Assembly (NCBI GenBank): GCA_043228905.1
Contig: JBHGNT010000016.1
Location: 3,968,001 to 4,032,000 of the forward strand
Origin: Azolla caroliniana
Taxonomy: Eukaryota > Plantae > Polypodiophyta
Direction: 5' to 3'
Length of the DNA: 64,000 nucleotides
Below are positions 36,458 through 50,200 of this stretch, piece by piece (positions within the stretch are counted from its first letter, which is position 1; each line of letters starts with the position of its first letter). A model generated the notes under the pieces. That model saw nothing but the letters and a program-made list of their open reading frames with translations. It searched no databases and was not told where the DNA came from. The translations under genes and the position numbers were made by a program.

Positions 36458-38728
36458 TCAAGGGGCAGGGTCCACTATGGGGCTAAAGCTGAGCTGAAGC
36501 CCGAATTGTGGCTGCATGGTGACCATGGTGATGGGGGCGTGCCGGTACGACGGCGACACGTGGAAGCGGAATCTCCTTAGAATGGTGGCCATAACCGTCT
36601 TCGCCTCCAGCATTGCGAAGCCCTGTCCGATACACACCCGAGGGCCGGTGGAGAAGGGGAGGAATGCCCCGGCCACCAGGGACGCCTTCGCGACCCCTCC
36701 CTCGAACCGATCCGGCCGGAACTCGTCCGCGTCCGGCCCCCAGTACTTGGCCTCGTGATGCCACATGAGCACCGGCATTAGTAGCTCTGTCCCGGCCGGT
36801 ATCACCACATCCCCCATCTCATCATCACCTCCTAGCCTCATCTCATTCTCCACCTTCCTCAACATAGCTATGGCTGGCGAGTACAGCCGCAACGTCTCGT
36901 TCAGCACCATGGTCAACTACCATTATAGCTCAATTATGTCACGCAAAATCACCCAACACCACATAAACCATCAAAGTAAAAGCCGTTCTTTATATGTCAG
37001 AATGGTATAATACTTAAGACACTTACAATCTTCATTTGGTTCACGGCCTCGATCGTTGGCACAATGTCCGTACTTTTGCCGCATAGCGAGACTACCTCGT
37101 CCCGAGCTCGATCTTGCCATTCCATATGCGTCCCGAGCAGAAGACATGCCCATGTGAGGAGGGTGGATGTCGTCTCGTGGCCAGCGAAGAAGAAAGTCTT
37201 ACATTCTCCGATGATATCAGGGATACCCATTCTGGATAGGTTCTTCTGGTTGCCCTTCATCTCCCCTTGGTTAGATGCCATCATGAGCCCAAGTAAGTCG
37301 GTGCCATAGGAATCGGCTCCGTGCCCCATCTTGGCTGCCGACTGTAAGCGGTCTTCAATGAGCTTCCTGAGGGTTCGGTTAATGTTGCGATTCAGCTTCC
37401 AACGAGCACGGTTGAATGCATTCGGAATAAATCTGCATCCATTTTTTTGTATGCACGCATTTAAACAAATCAAGCAAGATGTTAGAAAAAACAAAAAAAC
37501 AAAAAATGGAGAGGCATATGTTGATCTTTCAATTCCAAAAGAACAACATATAGGTATGTAACATTGTACCTCATCCCTGGGATGTAGACAGTGGTAAATG
37601 TTTTGTTCATAATGACTTGTTGTTGGCGTTGCATTTCAAAGACCTGCTTGCCCTCCAGATAGCTGCTCCCGAAAGCCGTGCGAGCTATGATGTCCGCGGT
37701 TAGGTTTTGGAACTCAGTGTGAACATCTATATCATGGCCTTGGGCTATCTGCCCCTTCCATTGCTCCATCATTGTGGTTGTACATGATGCCATTGTAGGT
37801 ATCATGACCTAGTTTAGGGTTTAGAATATTGCACATACACATTTAACACACATGATCCTTGTTAGCTTCCAAAATGCATTGAATTGAACTCACATCCCAA
37901 ATGATAAGTCAATCAAATCAAATCCCATCCTATCATACTATTGTAAATACCGGTGTACTAAGTAATAACGAACAATTCCTTTACATTTTTCATATTCACA
38001 TACTATCTTATCTCACCACACTATGGATGCACAATAAGGAGAAGAATGGAGGGGCGGGCGAACCTTGAGCTTCTCATGGAAGAATGCCGGGTTCAAGATG
38101 CGGCGATGCTGAGCCCATTTCTCGCCCTCCAGTCCCACCAATCCTTCTCCAATCAAGTCTTTCGCATCCGGCCTCCCGATAGGCTTCGGGTAGTGCCCGA
38201 ATTTCGTGGAGAGCACTTCTTTGGCTTGGTGTGGGTGGGTGAGGGGGAAGCGCGGTTGAGATCCATTCCAATATACAAATCGCTTGCCTGAACAATGGCC
38301 ATACAAATGGTATTAATGCCATTGATAGTTTAACAAGGATAACTTATATGCCAAAAGTCTTTTATATAAATCCTATGAGAATGGTCTCATGGAGGTTATA
38401 TACCATATCTCTTTTGCCAGGTATGAAGGTGAGGCAGGAGCCGGGGCGAGATGTTGTGGGTGATCTGTGGCATGGGTGATTTGCGGGCTTCTGTCCCAAT
38501 TTGGACCAATTCAGTGAGGTTTCCGTAGAGGAATGTGGCGGGGAGGCAGGCGATACCTTGAGATTCGAAAGCGCGCCGAATGCGTCTCTGCCTCCACCAT
38601 ATCGAATCGAAGGCTCTCCATAGGCCATAGAAGAGCAGGGAGGCAAGCAGAACCAGCACAGACAGCAAGACATCTGTGGACCATGGGAATTGGAATGATG
38701 ATGAGATTAGGGATGGAAGGAGCTCCAT
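36458..38728 (-). CDS. Cytochrome P450, CYP72 clan (CYP709/CYP72/CYP734-like), 5 exons, 550 aa
   Basis: Exons 38404-38728, 38064-38287, 37570-37808, 37027-37432, 36458-36916 (1653 nt in frame); N-terminal anchor, GEKWAQHRR, ADIIARTAFGSSY, ECKTFFFAGHETT, ETLRLY, PDRF, FSTGPRVCIG. Confidence 0.95.
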
Positions 38729-38993
38729 TTTCTTGAATGAAAGTCTCTCTATAAGATATATGTTCCTAAAGGGGGCCGGGGGGGGGGGGGGGGGAGGGTG
38801 CTTTAGCACACAAAGGTTTTCCAAAGATGGAGTGGGGATTCTCTCACTTCAATTATGTAAGTCTTGGATTACATGAGCCTGTTGACGACTGTTTCTTTTT
38901 ATTCTCTTTTAACCATGATTCACGTCAAAAAAGTAAAGAAAAAGGCTGGGTCTACTTGACTTTTGTTCATATCCCTAACTCAATTGTCATGAT

Positions 38994-38995
<2 letters not shown>

Positions 38996-39046
<51 letters not shown>

Positions 39047-39352
39047 ATATATATATATATCATTATATGCATATACGTCTTGGGTTTAAGGACCCAGTTT
39101 TGTCGTCTCTCTATTATATGCTATTGTGTGTGTGTGTGTGTGTGTCTCTCTCTCTCTCTATATATATATGTATATATGTATATACGTCTTGGGTTTAAGG
39201 ACCTAGTTTTGTCATCTCTCTACTATATGCTATTGTGGAATGGAAGGGTCCAATTTTGTCATCTCTCTATTAGGTGGATGCTTTTGTGGAATGTAAGGGT
39301 TGAACCCAGAACCTTTTGGTCTTCATTAGACAACCTTACCAAGGTAAGCTAG
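38996..39352 (-). mobile_element. Possible tRNA-derived SINE remnant with microsatellite-rich, partly duplicated body, upstream of the P450
   Basis: Minus strand tagcttaccttgg ... ggttcaaccc (A/B-box-like, 39295-39352); tacgtcttgggtttaaggacc..ctattgtg repeated at ~39074 and ~39183 among CT/TA/GT repeats. Confidence 0.4.
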
Positions 39353-40455
39353 GTCTATGCCATTTGAGAGTGTTTGTGTGTGCTTATGTTCCTAGTGCTA
39401 TTTGTTGAGTGAGTGCCTCTTACAGAAATCATTTCTCCTCAGTCTTCTTGTCTCCCAAGTATTTGATGGCTTTGTTGATCTATCATTTTCTCCTCACTCT
39501 CTCTCTCCTGCGAATTTTGTCAGCACACACATGAAGCCTTTGTCTCACCTTGTTTTACGATGAAAGTCCTCATGCATGATGTAATAATGAAGATGCAATA
39601 GGTTATACAACTGAAAGTTTAGGTGAAATCTCATTCTTTTGGAGCTTGATGTTTCCAATACGTAGACCAAGTCAATAAGACGGAAAATGCAAAGGTCAAG
39701 TGTAAAGTTGGACTTTTATGTACCTTATTTTTAGCTTATAATGAATACCTAAATGAAGCAACCTAATTAGATTATCAAGTAGCCTAATTAATTACAGTGA
39801 CGATGCACCAAAGCCACACAAAGTTTGGCCATCACACCAACCCCTCCCCCTCCCCCTCTCCATATTGAATCTTTTGACTATACCTATAAGGAACCGATTA
39901 AGGTTCATGCAATTAAGGAGTGAAACCCTTCATATTATCATAGAGTTATCCAAATGTGAACTTTGTACATTATCATGAGTTTGTACTATGTTATCCTACA
40001 ATAGCACTTGATGAGTAAAGATTATTCCTTTGTGTGCGGTTATTCAAAACAACTTAGCTTTGAGATGCTAAAGATCTCCCATGATAAACAAGTAGATCAT
40101 GTGGTCATTAGAGTGTAGTTTGTGTGGTGGTTTTGCATCTAGTCTCTCTATTTTGAGGTCCTTAGTTGTTAGGTTCTCTATTTCTATGAAAATAAAAACT
40201 TCATGCACACTCAGGTTTTTTTAGGAAAAGTACGAAAGTGATGGTTAAGCACAAGATCTCTATTTCGAGGAAAGAAACATATTTCATGCTCAATGCTCAC
40301 ACATATGTGATATATGAAAGGGGTGACCCTGCAATTAATCTTATGTAAATGAACATCGACCTTTATTGCTATCGTGTGAAATTGCATTTGGATCACTCCA
40401 AATGTGGGTGGAACCTTTCACTAACTTCTGTTGGCAAGTTTGCTCATTTGAACTC

Positions 40456-41730
40456 TTTTTTTTTTTTACCAAAAAAAGAATATACTCCATTAGTTTAAAT
40501 ATACACAAATTCGATCCCTTTCTCGGGTAGGCTGTGGCAAGACTATCCTATCCTACATAAGAGATCTCGCTTATTTATCTTACACTTTCACATATGTCTC
40601 TAGCCATCCTTTCATACACATCACCTACATTCACTATCCCACATGCCATGTCTTTCACGCCCCTTGTTGAACTATTGGGAGGGGGGAACAACCATCTAGG
40701 TATTTCATACTTCCATAGTATATCCATTCCATTTGTTGTGGCCATCGGTGTAGTACACCATCGCTTTCGAAAATTGAGCCTCATTAGCTCTGCAGCATCA
40801 TCAGTACCATCAATCCGCTCATATTGAGCTCTTAGTGTAGTTATTAATGTGTGCCAGATTAGCTTAATCGATTCAGCTGGAGGGCGTTTGTGTGTTGAAA
40901 ATACCCTGGTACACCTTGTTGTCCATACACACCATATAGTAATGGGGGCAAGCAACGTCCAAAGATCTCCAAGTTTTTTATTCTATGCACAAGCTATAGG
41001 TATCATGTTGTCAGTGATCAGCCGAACAATGCCCTTCTCCCCTCTGTACTGAGCATCGCATGTGCTATCGTATTTCGCCACATCATCCTCAAGACAAATC
41101 CAACAAGCATGTCCCTAGTTGAGGGTGAACGAACTAGAGGCATGACAAAGCAAATGTAGTGCCCTTCCCATATAGCCATTGCCTTGCGACATTCCCATAG
41201 ACAATGGGAAATGATTTCTATCTATCCACATGCAATACATCTAGGGTCTACATTGGGGCCTTTACCCCATGTCCCTATCGGCAAGGCTCTATGTGCAATA
41301 AGCCATAAACACATCATTATCTTGCGGTCATATTTGTCATGCCATATCATTTTCCAAAATTGATCTAGTCTCATTTCACTAATGCCCTCCTGTATCCAAA
41401 ATTTCTTTGCCACAATCTTGTCATGTTCTTGTTCTAGAATAATTTGCCTCCCAATCTTTGTGTTATACCTGAAAAATTGAACCAACTTTTCCCCATCAGT
41501 TCGTCCTTGAGTTCTCCAAAAATACATCGTTGGGTCCCATGATAGTTTATCCAAATGCCCTTCTATAGGCCAACACACTATCGCCGGTGGGATCTCCCGT
41601 GGCTTAGGGTCAATAATCATATTCTTGCCATTTTTTGCGATCAACCTAATCGGCCTTTCTCTTTGAAAGGCTGGTTGCTCAACTCTTACCATTCCGTGCT
41701 CTAGTTTGTAATAGCATATAACAATCGGCA
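40456..41730 (-). mobile_element. 3' end of an L1-type LINE (ORF2 C-terminus, poly-A)
   Basis: FWKMIW..CLWLIAHRALP..CIAC zinc-finger region, IWCVWTTRC; poly-T on plus strand 40456-40467; same family as 58368-58658. Confidence 0.8.
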
Positions 41731-42044
41731 ACGGTTCGGTTCGGTTTGAGAGGGTCCAAACCGAACCGTTTAATTTTTTTGAAACTTGAAACAAACCAAC
41801 CCGAACCATGAAACCGTTAAACTGAACCGTTAAACATTTTTCAAACCGTAAAACCGTAAAAATTGCGGTTTCGTGGTTCAGTTTCGGTTTTCAACATAGG
41901 TCAAATTTTTAATTTTTAATTTTTTAAAATTGATAATATTTCATTATTTAGAATTTTTAGAATTTTTAAGATGTTCCTAAAATGTGAGAATAAGGTGTAA
42001 AAATGAAAAGATTGTTTAAAAACAATTTTAAAAAATTTTAAAAA
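41731..42044. mobile_element. AACCG/CGGTT-rich terminus of a probable DNA transposon/MITE
   Basis: Clustered aaccg and cggtt motifs (ggttcggttcggtttg..caaaccgaaccg) typical of hAT-type subterminal repeats; other end not found. Confidence 0.5.
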
Positions 42045-43186
42045 AACACATTCGCGTTCACAAGTGGAAGGATCGCACATTCCATTTATAGATTCCTTTT
42101 ATAATCTTGCGATTTTAGACAATTTTCAAAAACTTGATCACCAGTATCACATGTTTTTAATAGCATGTAAAATTTGCTAATTTTTTGAGATTTAACAAGT
42201 TTCAAAATGATAATTTCTAAAATGGAATAGTTTTTCAGTAAATGTTTAAATGTTGATGGTTTGCAGATATGAAATGTAGTTAACTTAAAGAAAATCACAA
42301 TGGTTAACTCAAGGCACAAGTTAAGATTAATGGTTTCACCATCTTGATGAGATTAAGATTACATCTTTTGTTAGACTTGAAGTTTTAAGTATAAGAGGTA
42401 ACATTGCAATCCTTAATGTCATCATCTATAAATTTAGTGCTCATTAACATCCATAAATTCACAACTCAAGAAATGTAGACAATATTCATAAACAATTTTG
42501 ATAAATCCACAACTCCTAAAATGTAGATGATATTCATAAACTGTCAAAATTGTCAAACTTTAGATGTGAACATTAATATATCAATTTGAACATATCACAC
42601 AGTTATCAAGGTATCTACAATGTTATCCTTTTCTTCCTTTTGAGAATTTCCCTACAAAAGGTATGAAGTAAATGGCATTTGCGAAGTTCAATTACCATCA
42701 ATACAATTATTAATGGTTTTTTGCTAATCAATGAAGCACATGTTCACCATAAGGTATCTTGTTGTGCAACATACATCTTTGTTGTATCGATATGCATCTT
42801 TTTCTCTTGTAAAAACATAGATTTCAGTATAATTTGAGTTCATGTTTAAAAAACCTCTTTTATTTGAAAAACAAGAAGTTTTTTAAACATGAACTCGATA
42901 TGTTGTATCGAGTTGATGTAAAAAACAGAGTTTTGATCATAATTCTAGAATCCATACAATGTATTGAATTCATGTTCAAAGTTTTTTTTACCGTATTTAA
43001 AAAAAATTAATAATAATAAGTTGAGCTTGAGTTTATATAAAAACCAAAATTTTCATCACAATTCGATACAATGTATCGAGTTCATGTTTAAAGCTATATT
43101 TGGGTTTTTTTTTAAAATTGTTTTTTTTGTATTTATTTTGGTTTTATTTTTTAGCTTTAATAAATGATGAAAAAAAACAGAGTTTT
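42045..43186. mobile_element. Second, inverted and truncated copy of the 13639-17415 TIR element
   Basis: aacacattcgcgttcacaagtggaaggatcgcacattcc.. continues as the reverse complement of 17415 back to ~16450; abuts copia RNase H at ~43187. Confidence 0.88.
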
Positions 43187-43525
43187 CCTTCGCTGCTATG
43201 TACTCGGCTTCTGTGGTAGACAAAGTCGTGCACTCTTGAAGTTTCGACCTCCATGATATTGCCCCGCCAGCATAGGTGAAGACATAGCCTGATGTCAATT
43301 TCCGATTATCTGCATTTCCGGCATAGTCGGAATCGGTGTAGCCTTCGACTTCGGCTGAGGTTGTTAGTCCGAAAGTCAGTTGTGCATCCAGGTTTCCTTT
43401 TAGAGACCTAAGGATGTGCTTGACAGCCTCCCAATGCTTCTTTCCTGGGTTTGACATGTAATGGTTGACCACCCCTAAGACATAGGCTAGGTCGGGTCGG
43501 GTCGCCACCATTGCATACATGATAC

Positions 43526-44152
43526 CATAGTACGTAAAATTTGTGTTCGTCTACTATATCATTCGTTTTGCTACGTTGGAAAACGAACACGAATGATATT
43601 CAAACATTTGTGTGTTTTTTTTTTTGTTTTTTCCCTTTTTTTACCTTTTTGGGGGGGTTTTTTACCTATTTCCCCCCCTTTTCCTCTGCACATCAACGCT
43701 ACGCTCTACTCTCCTTCCCTTTTCCTCCTTTTCCTTGAATGATCTGGTACTTGCATTGTGCACACTAGTCAATAGTGAGTTAGTGACAACATCTTCTCCC
43801 GCCCATTACTTTCTGTAAATTTTCACTAATTTCTATAATTTTTTTCGTAATTTCTGTAATTTTGTTGTAATTTTTGTAATTGTTTTGTAATTTCTATCAT
43901 TTTTGTAATTTTTGTAATTTCTCTATAATTTCTGTAATTTCTGTAATTTTGTTGTAATTTTTGTTATTAAGAAGGTAATGTTTTTTTTTGCAATTTTAAA
44001 AAAAAAAATACCTTGAAAAAATATTTACCTTATAGTAAATAATTTATCCAAAAGTATGGTATTTATCATTCTTCGAGGGTGTTTACCCTTCTCGAATGAT
44101 TGAATCATTCTCGAACATGAATGCACAAATGGTACGCATGGTTCATACTATG
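43526..44152. mobile_element. Non-autonomous hAT-like element (627 bp)
   Basis: 8-bp TSD catgatac (43518-43525, 44153-44160); short TIRs catagta..tactatg; removal restores copia GSIMYAM; internal taatttc-type repeats. Confidence 0.85.
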
Positions 44153-45532
44153 CATGATACTTCCTACTGCCAATGCGTAGGGTATTTTTCCATCAAGTTC
44201 TCTCTCCTTGTCCGTCGAAGGAGAGTCTTTGTCCAATAGTCCAATAGTCCAATTTACGTCGGAAGCGGTGTTGGTGTTGGCTTCACATTCTCCATGTTGA
44301 AGCGCGTTAGCACCTTGCGGATGTATTCAGATTGGGAGAGTCGGAGAGTTTTGGTCGTCCGATTTCGCTCTATCCTCATGCTCGGTATGTGTCGGGCTTG
44401 TCCGAGTTCCTTCATTGTGAACTTTGCGTGAAGGCTCCGCTTTAGCTTACCGATCTCTACTTGATTGCTTCCTACAATCAACATGTCGTCGACGTATAGG
44501 ATAAGATAGATCCTTGACTCGTTGGCCAGTTGTTGAACATACATGCATGGGTCGGAGTCTGATCTGTTGTATCCAAATTGTCATATGTAGGAGTCAAATT
44601 TCGGGTACCACGTTCTTGACGCTTGTTTTAGACCATATAGACTTTTCTTTAGTCGACATACGAGGTGACTATCCTCCCCCATCGCCGTGAGGCCTACCGG
44701 TTGAGACATGTATATGTCTTCTTCCAGATCTCCGTGTAGGAATGTCGTCTTTACGTCCATCTGCTTGAGCTCTAGATGTTCTGTCGCCATGACTCCTAGT
44801 AGGAGTCGGAGGGTGGTGATCTTAACTACTGGTGAGAATTGTTGGGATTTCGGTCCCTTCCGGATGGGATGTCCGGAGATGAATGACGGCAAGCCCGGTT
44901 GCGGTTACGGAACCGGAGGATGAAGAGTACCCGGCATGAAGCCGGATGAAGAGTACCCGGCTACGGAGCCGGATGATGAAGACCCCGGCTACGGAGCCGG
45001 ATGACGAATGTACCCGGAGAGAGATCCGGATGCGGGGACATATTTGTGAATATGTTTACCAAGGGCCCTTAAGGCTATATTTGTAAATAGCCCGAAAGTC
45101 ATATGTGTATAAATATGACTTAGGGCAAACTGTTTATTGTTGCTGTTGCTGTGGTAGTTGTTGCTCATTTTTTCTGTTTTTCCACTTAGAGGGAGCGAAG
45201 TGAGAACAGCCGAGAGAGAGAGAGAGAGAAAGGAAGAGGTCGACGCCTCTGTGTAATACCGCCGCCTGTGGCGAGGACAGCGAGCTCAAGGTCGTTGCCT
45301 TGCAGCTCGCCATTGTACATTCCCTGCGTATAGTGATAGTTGGAGTCTTGCACTCCCGTGGTTTTTCCCGTTTAGGGTTTTCCACGTTAAACCCTGTGCA
45401 TTCGAGTCTCTCTCTTTGTTTTGGATTTACTGCTGCACTGACTCGTGTTTCCTCGGTTGTGGCCGAGAGCTGAAGGTTTTGAAACCGTCGATTTCTTAAC
45501 AATCTGGTATCAGAGCGACTGCAGTGCAGACA

Positions 45533-47245
45533 ATGGAAGGCGGCAGCAGCGGGCAGCCGGGGATGATGGTACTGAATGCGCAGAACTACGCCGACTGGAA
45601 GATAAAGATGGAGGATCTGCTCATTGTTCGGGACCTGTATGAACCGATCGACAGGTCGGAAATACCCAAGGGGGTACTTGAGACGGAATGGAGGCTTCTG
45701 AACCGGAAAGCCGTTGCAACCATTCGGCAATACGTCGACGTGAGCGTTCTACAACATGTGGCGAACGACACCAACGCATATGAGATGTGGTGGAAGCTGT
45801 CGGGCCTCTACGAGAGGAAGAATGCGTTGAACCGGACCTCCCTGATGAGGAAGATAGTGAACCTCAAGTACCGGGACGGCGAGAGTATGGTAGAACACGT
45901 AAGCACGTTCATGGGATTTGTGAACCAGCTTGCGACTATCAAGTTCCCATTGGAGGATGCAATGCAAGCCATCATCCTGATGTGTACATTGCCGGAAAGC
46001 TGGGAGAACTTGGTGGTGACTCTCAGCACCTCCTGCACCGAAGATAACTTGTCCCTACAAACAGTAAAGACAAGTATTTTGAACGAAGAAGCGCGTCAGA
46101 GAGATAAAGAACCGGCCTCCGATCCGAAGATGCTGCTTGCCGAATCGGATCGGGGAAGACAACGGAACCGGAGTCCGCAAAGACGGGAGAAGTCAGGGAC
46201 CCGGTCGCAGTCAAGAGGAAGGCCCACATGCTTCCACTGTGGGAAGCCGGGGCACTTCCGAAAGAATTGTCGGCATTACCGAAAAGACAACGGAGCCGAC
46301 GACACCGATTCGAAGAAGTCTTCGGAGCGAAACGGTGCATACCGGGGAGCCACAGACCGGAGAGGTCCGGATCGGCGAGGGCAGGACCGGAAAGGAACGA
46401 CGGCACTCGCGGCAAGTGAAGAAGAGATAATGCTCATTACCGAAGAGAGGGAGCTGAACCTTGCCGGTGAAGAGATGACCTGGGTGGTCGATTCCGGAGC
46501 GTCGTTCCACCTGACCCCGGAGAAGAAATACTTCTCATCCTACACAGCCGGTGAGCACGGCTGTGTCCGGATGGGAAATGAAGGTACATGCCGGATTGCC
46601 GGCATAGGAGACGTGTGGCTGATGACATCAACCGGATGCAAGATGCTGCTGAAAGATGTACGACACGTTCCGGAGGTTCGATTGAACCTGATTTCGGCCG
46701 GGAGGCTAGACGATGAAGGCTACACGGGTAGCATCCGGAACGGTGTCATGAAGTTCAGCAAAGGGAGCCTGATAGTAGCTCGGGCCCGGAAGATCAACAC
46801 ACTGTACCTGATGAATTCCCGGCTATGTCCGGAGGAGCTGAACGTGGCAGCCGACACTGACGGTGAGCTGTGGCACAAGAGACTGTGCCACATGAGCGAG
46901 AAGGGGATGAAGAGGCTTGCCGAAGACAACCTTATTCCAGTGAAGCATGTGCACCTAGAGAAGTGCACCGATTGCCTGGCCGGTAAGCAGAACCGAACTT
47001 CCTTCCACTCAAGGCCACCGACGAGACGTAGCGCACCATTGGAGTTGGTGCACACTGACGTGTGTCAAGTAGAAACGAAGTCACATGGCGGAGCCCAGTA
47101 CTTCGTGACATTCATTGATGACCACAGCCGGAAGCTGTGGACGGCACCGTTGAAGACAAAGGACCAAGTATTGTCCGTCTTCAAAGAACTCCACGCGAGA
47201 GTGGAAAGAGAATCCGGCAAGAAGCTGAAAGCACTACGAGCGGAT
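45533..47245 (+). CDS. copia B gag-protease-integrase N-part (open; interrupted by element C)
   Basis: LNAQNYADW, CFHCGKPGHFRKNC, WVVDSGASFH, LWHKRLCH, VHTDV; breaks at RAD|NGGEY. Confidence 0.9.
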
Positions 47246-50200
47246 TGTCGAATACAAGTGTATAATGGATGTATTCACACTATCCCTTTCTATAGCTCAA
47301 GTTTGGGCCATTTGTGTAATTAGCATAAAGGGTAGTTGCCCTAAGTTTGTCACTATATAAAGTGACCTAGTAACCTTTTTGTAAGGTTGGTTGTATTATT
47401 GTTTCTATGGAATAGAAAGAGTCTTTTGTGCCTCCTCTCTCTCTCTCTCTCTCTCTATCTCTGTGCACGATCTTGGAAACTGTCATACGCAGGTACTCAA
47501 CAGCAATCGAATGCTACTTGATCTTCCGCATTGACGGCCTTGTCACTGTGACATCATTGGAATCGGCACAGTAGAGCTCAACCTTGCAGGTGGCTCTACA
47601 CTTGTACTTCACAATGTCCGACATGTACCCGAGCTCTCAAGGCCATTGATCTCAGTCGGACAACTAGATGAAGACGGCATTCGTGCCGGTTTTTCTTCGG
47701 GAGGGTGGACACTCCACAAGGGGAACCTCCTGCTTGCTAGAGGACCCAAGATACACTCACTGTATCCGTTACATGTTACGCTCAGAGAGGGTAACCTGTT
47801 TTTGGTGGATATTCCTGTGTCATCACTATGGCACAGAAGATTAGGACACCTCAGCAAGGCCGGCATCACGCACCTATCTAGAGCCGGATACATCCCTAAA
47901 CTCTCCTTCTCAGACCATCAATTCTGCGAACATTGCCAGTATGGCAAACAAGCAGCCGCATCACACCCGACATCAGCACCAAGAGAAACGAGACCTCTCG
48001 ATTTAGTCCACTCGGACGTCTGTGGCCCAATGCCGCATCAGTCTCTCGGCGGTGCCTCTTACTTCGTCAGTTTTATTGACGATTCGACTCGAAAGGTGTG
48101 GGCTTATCCAATTCGCACCAAAGATCGTGTCTTCTCGATCTTCTCCGATTGGCTCGCTATGGTAGAAAATCAAACTGACCGAAAACTGAAATGCTTTCGG
48201 ACCGACAATGGGGGAGAGTTCAAATCAGAAGAATTCGTCAAATTCTGCCGACAACGCGGCATCCGACGTGAATTTACGGCACCACACAGTCCGGAGCAAA
48301 ACGGGATTGCAGAACGCATGAATCGGACAATCCAAGAACGGATAGTTTCCATGCTCCAACACTCCGGACTGTCGGATGGCTTCTGGGCAGAGGCTCTACT
48401 CACGGCAGTACACATAATCAATATGTCGCCAAGCAGACCTCTAGGACTTCAAATTCCTCAGGAACTATGGATCGGCAGTAAGCCGAATTACGACAAGCTG
48501 AGGATCTTCGGATGCGAGGCGTACGCCCTTATTCCGAAAGATGATCGCCGAAAACTTGCACCTCGGTCCAGGAAATGCATTTTCCTTGGATATGGATCAG
48601 ACGGCGAAATGGGATACCGACTCTGGGACCCCGAACGTAGACAAATCGTTCGAAGTTCGGACGTTGTGTTCAACGAGTCGGCTATGAATCCATCAGCCAA
48701 AACACCGATCGAAGTCCGAAGGGTAACATTTTCCGATGTGCCGACCCTTCAAGAAGGCCCCGCTCTTAACACACGGTCAGCTTCACGGGTAGCTGAACCT
48801 TACACTACCGACTCGGACAACTCTGACTCGGCACAGCAGAATAATTCGCTTTCGGACCATCCGACCTCGATACCCGATACGACCAGTCCAATCATACCTC
48901 GACGATCCGAGAGACTGTCGCAACCTCCGGAGAGGTATTCTCCTGGAATTTTCTTCACCGATGGCGGCGAGCCGACGTCTTACGAAGAAGCATCGACATC
49001 TGTCGATTCAGCCACCTGGCATCTGGCGATGGAGTCGGAAATGCACTCCATTCGGGCAAACAAGACTTGGGATCTGGTCGAATTACCTAAGAATCGACGT
49101 GCTCTTCCTTGCAAGTGGGTTTATCGACTAAAAGAGACGTCTGATTCGACCACCCCAAAGTACAAGGCCAGATTAGTTGCGAAGGGCTTCCGACAAGAAT
49201 ATGGCGTCGACTTCGACGAGATTTTTTCACCAGTGGTGAAAATGACAACCCTTCGTTTTCTACTCGGCGTAGTGGCAGCCGACAACCTGGAGCTGATTCA
49301 GCGAGATGTCAAAACAGCCTTCCTCCATGGTGATCTTGAAGAGGAAATTTATATGGAGCAGCCAAAAGGCTTCGTGGCAACTGGCCAAGAACATCTAGTC
49401 TGCCGACTCAGGAAGAGTCTATACGGCCTCAAACAGGCACCGCGACAATGGTACAAGAAGTTCGACGACTTCATCCAATCGATCGGCTTCTCAAAAAGCG
49501 ATGAGGACCATTGTCTTTTTACCCACACAGCTCAAGATGGATCACCCATCTTCCTCATCATTTACGTGGACAACATGCTAATTTCTGGACGCCACGCGGG
49601 CGAACTTGCCGATCTCATTCGGCAATTGCGGTTGAAGTTTGCCATGAAGGACCTCGGTCCGGCACGACACATACTCGGCATGAAGATTAGTCGGCATCGC
49701 GATAAACGACATCTTTTTTTGTCTCAGACCGACTATATCGGACGTGTCTTGGAACGCTTCAACATGCAATCAGCCAAATCTGCTTCAACCCCGCTCCCCA
49801 TGAATCTTCGGCTCTCTCAGCGAGACTGCCCGACATCCGGTCCGGAGGGGGAAGATATGAAGTCGGTACCGTATGCACCGGCAGTCGGCTCCCTCATGTA
49901 CCTGATGGTCGCGACACGGCCTGATATTTCTCATGCCGTAGGAGTCGTTAGCAGATTTATGCACAATCCTGGCCGATCGCATTGGAACGCAGTCAAGCAT
50001 GTGTTCAAATATCTGGCTGGCACAAAAGACCACGGCATTCTTTTCGGTCCGAACTCAACCTCAGGCGTAGTCGGTTACACCGACTCGGACTTCGCCGGCT
50101 GTATAGACAGTCGGAAATCAACAACTGGATACTGCTTCAAATTCGGCAATGGAGCAATTTCGTGGAAGTCGAAACTTCAGGAGTGCACAGCGACCTCAAC

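Noticed and set aside
45134-45730. 198-aa and 130-aa minus-strand ORFs (also 53713-54105)
   Set aside because: Antisense readings of the copia B LTR including microsatellite-derived residues; duplicated only because the LTR is.
46575-47595. In-phase splice from copia B (aaG|GTAC) to copia C (gcAG|GT) that would fuse the two ORFs
   Set aside because: Would delete part of the protease fold, and such dinucleotides are common; no transcript evidence.
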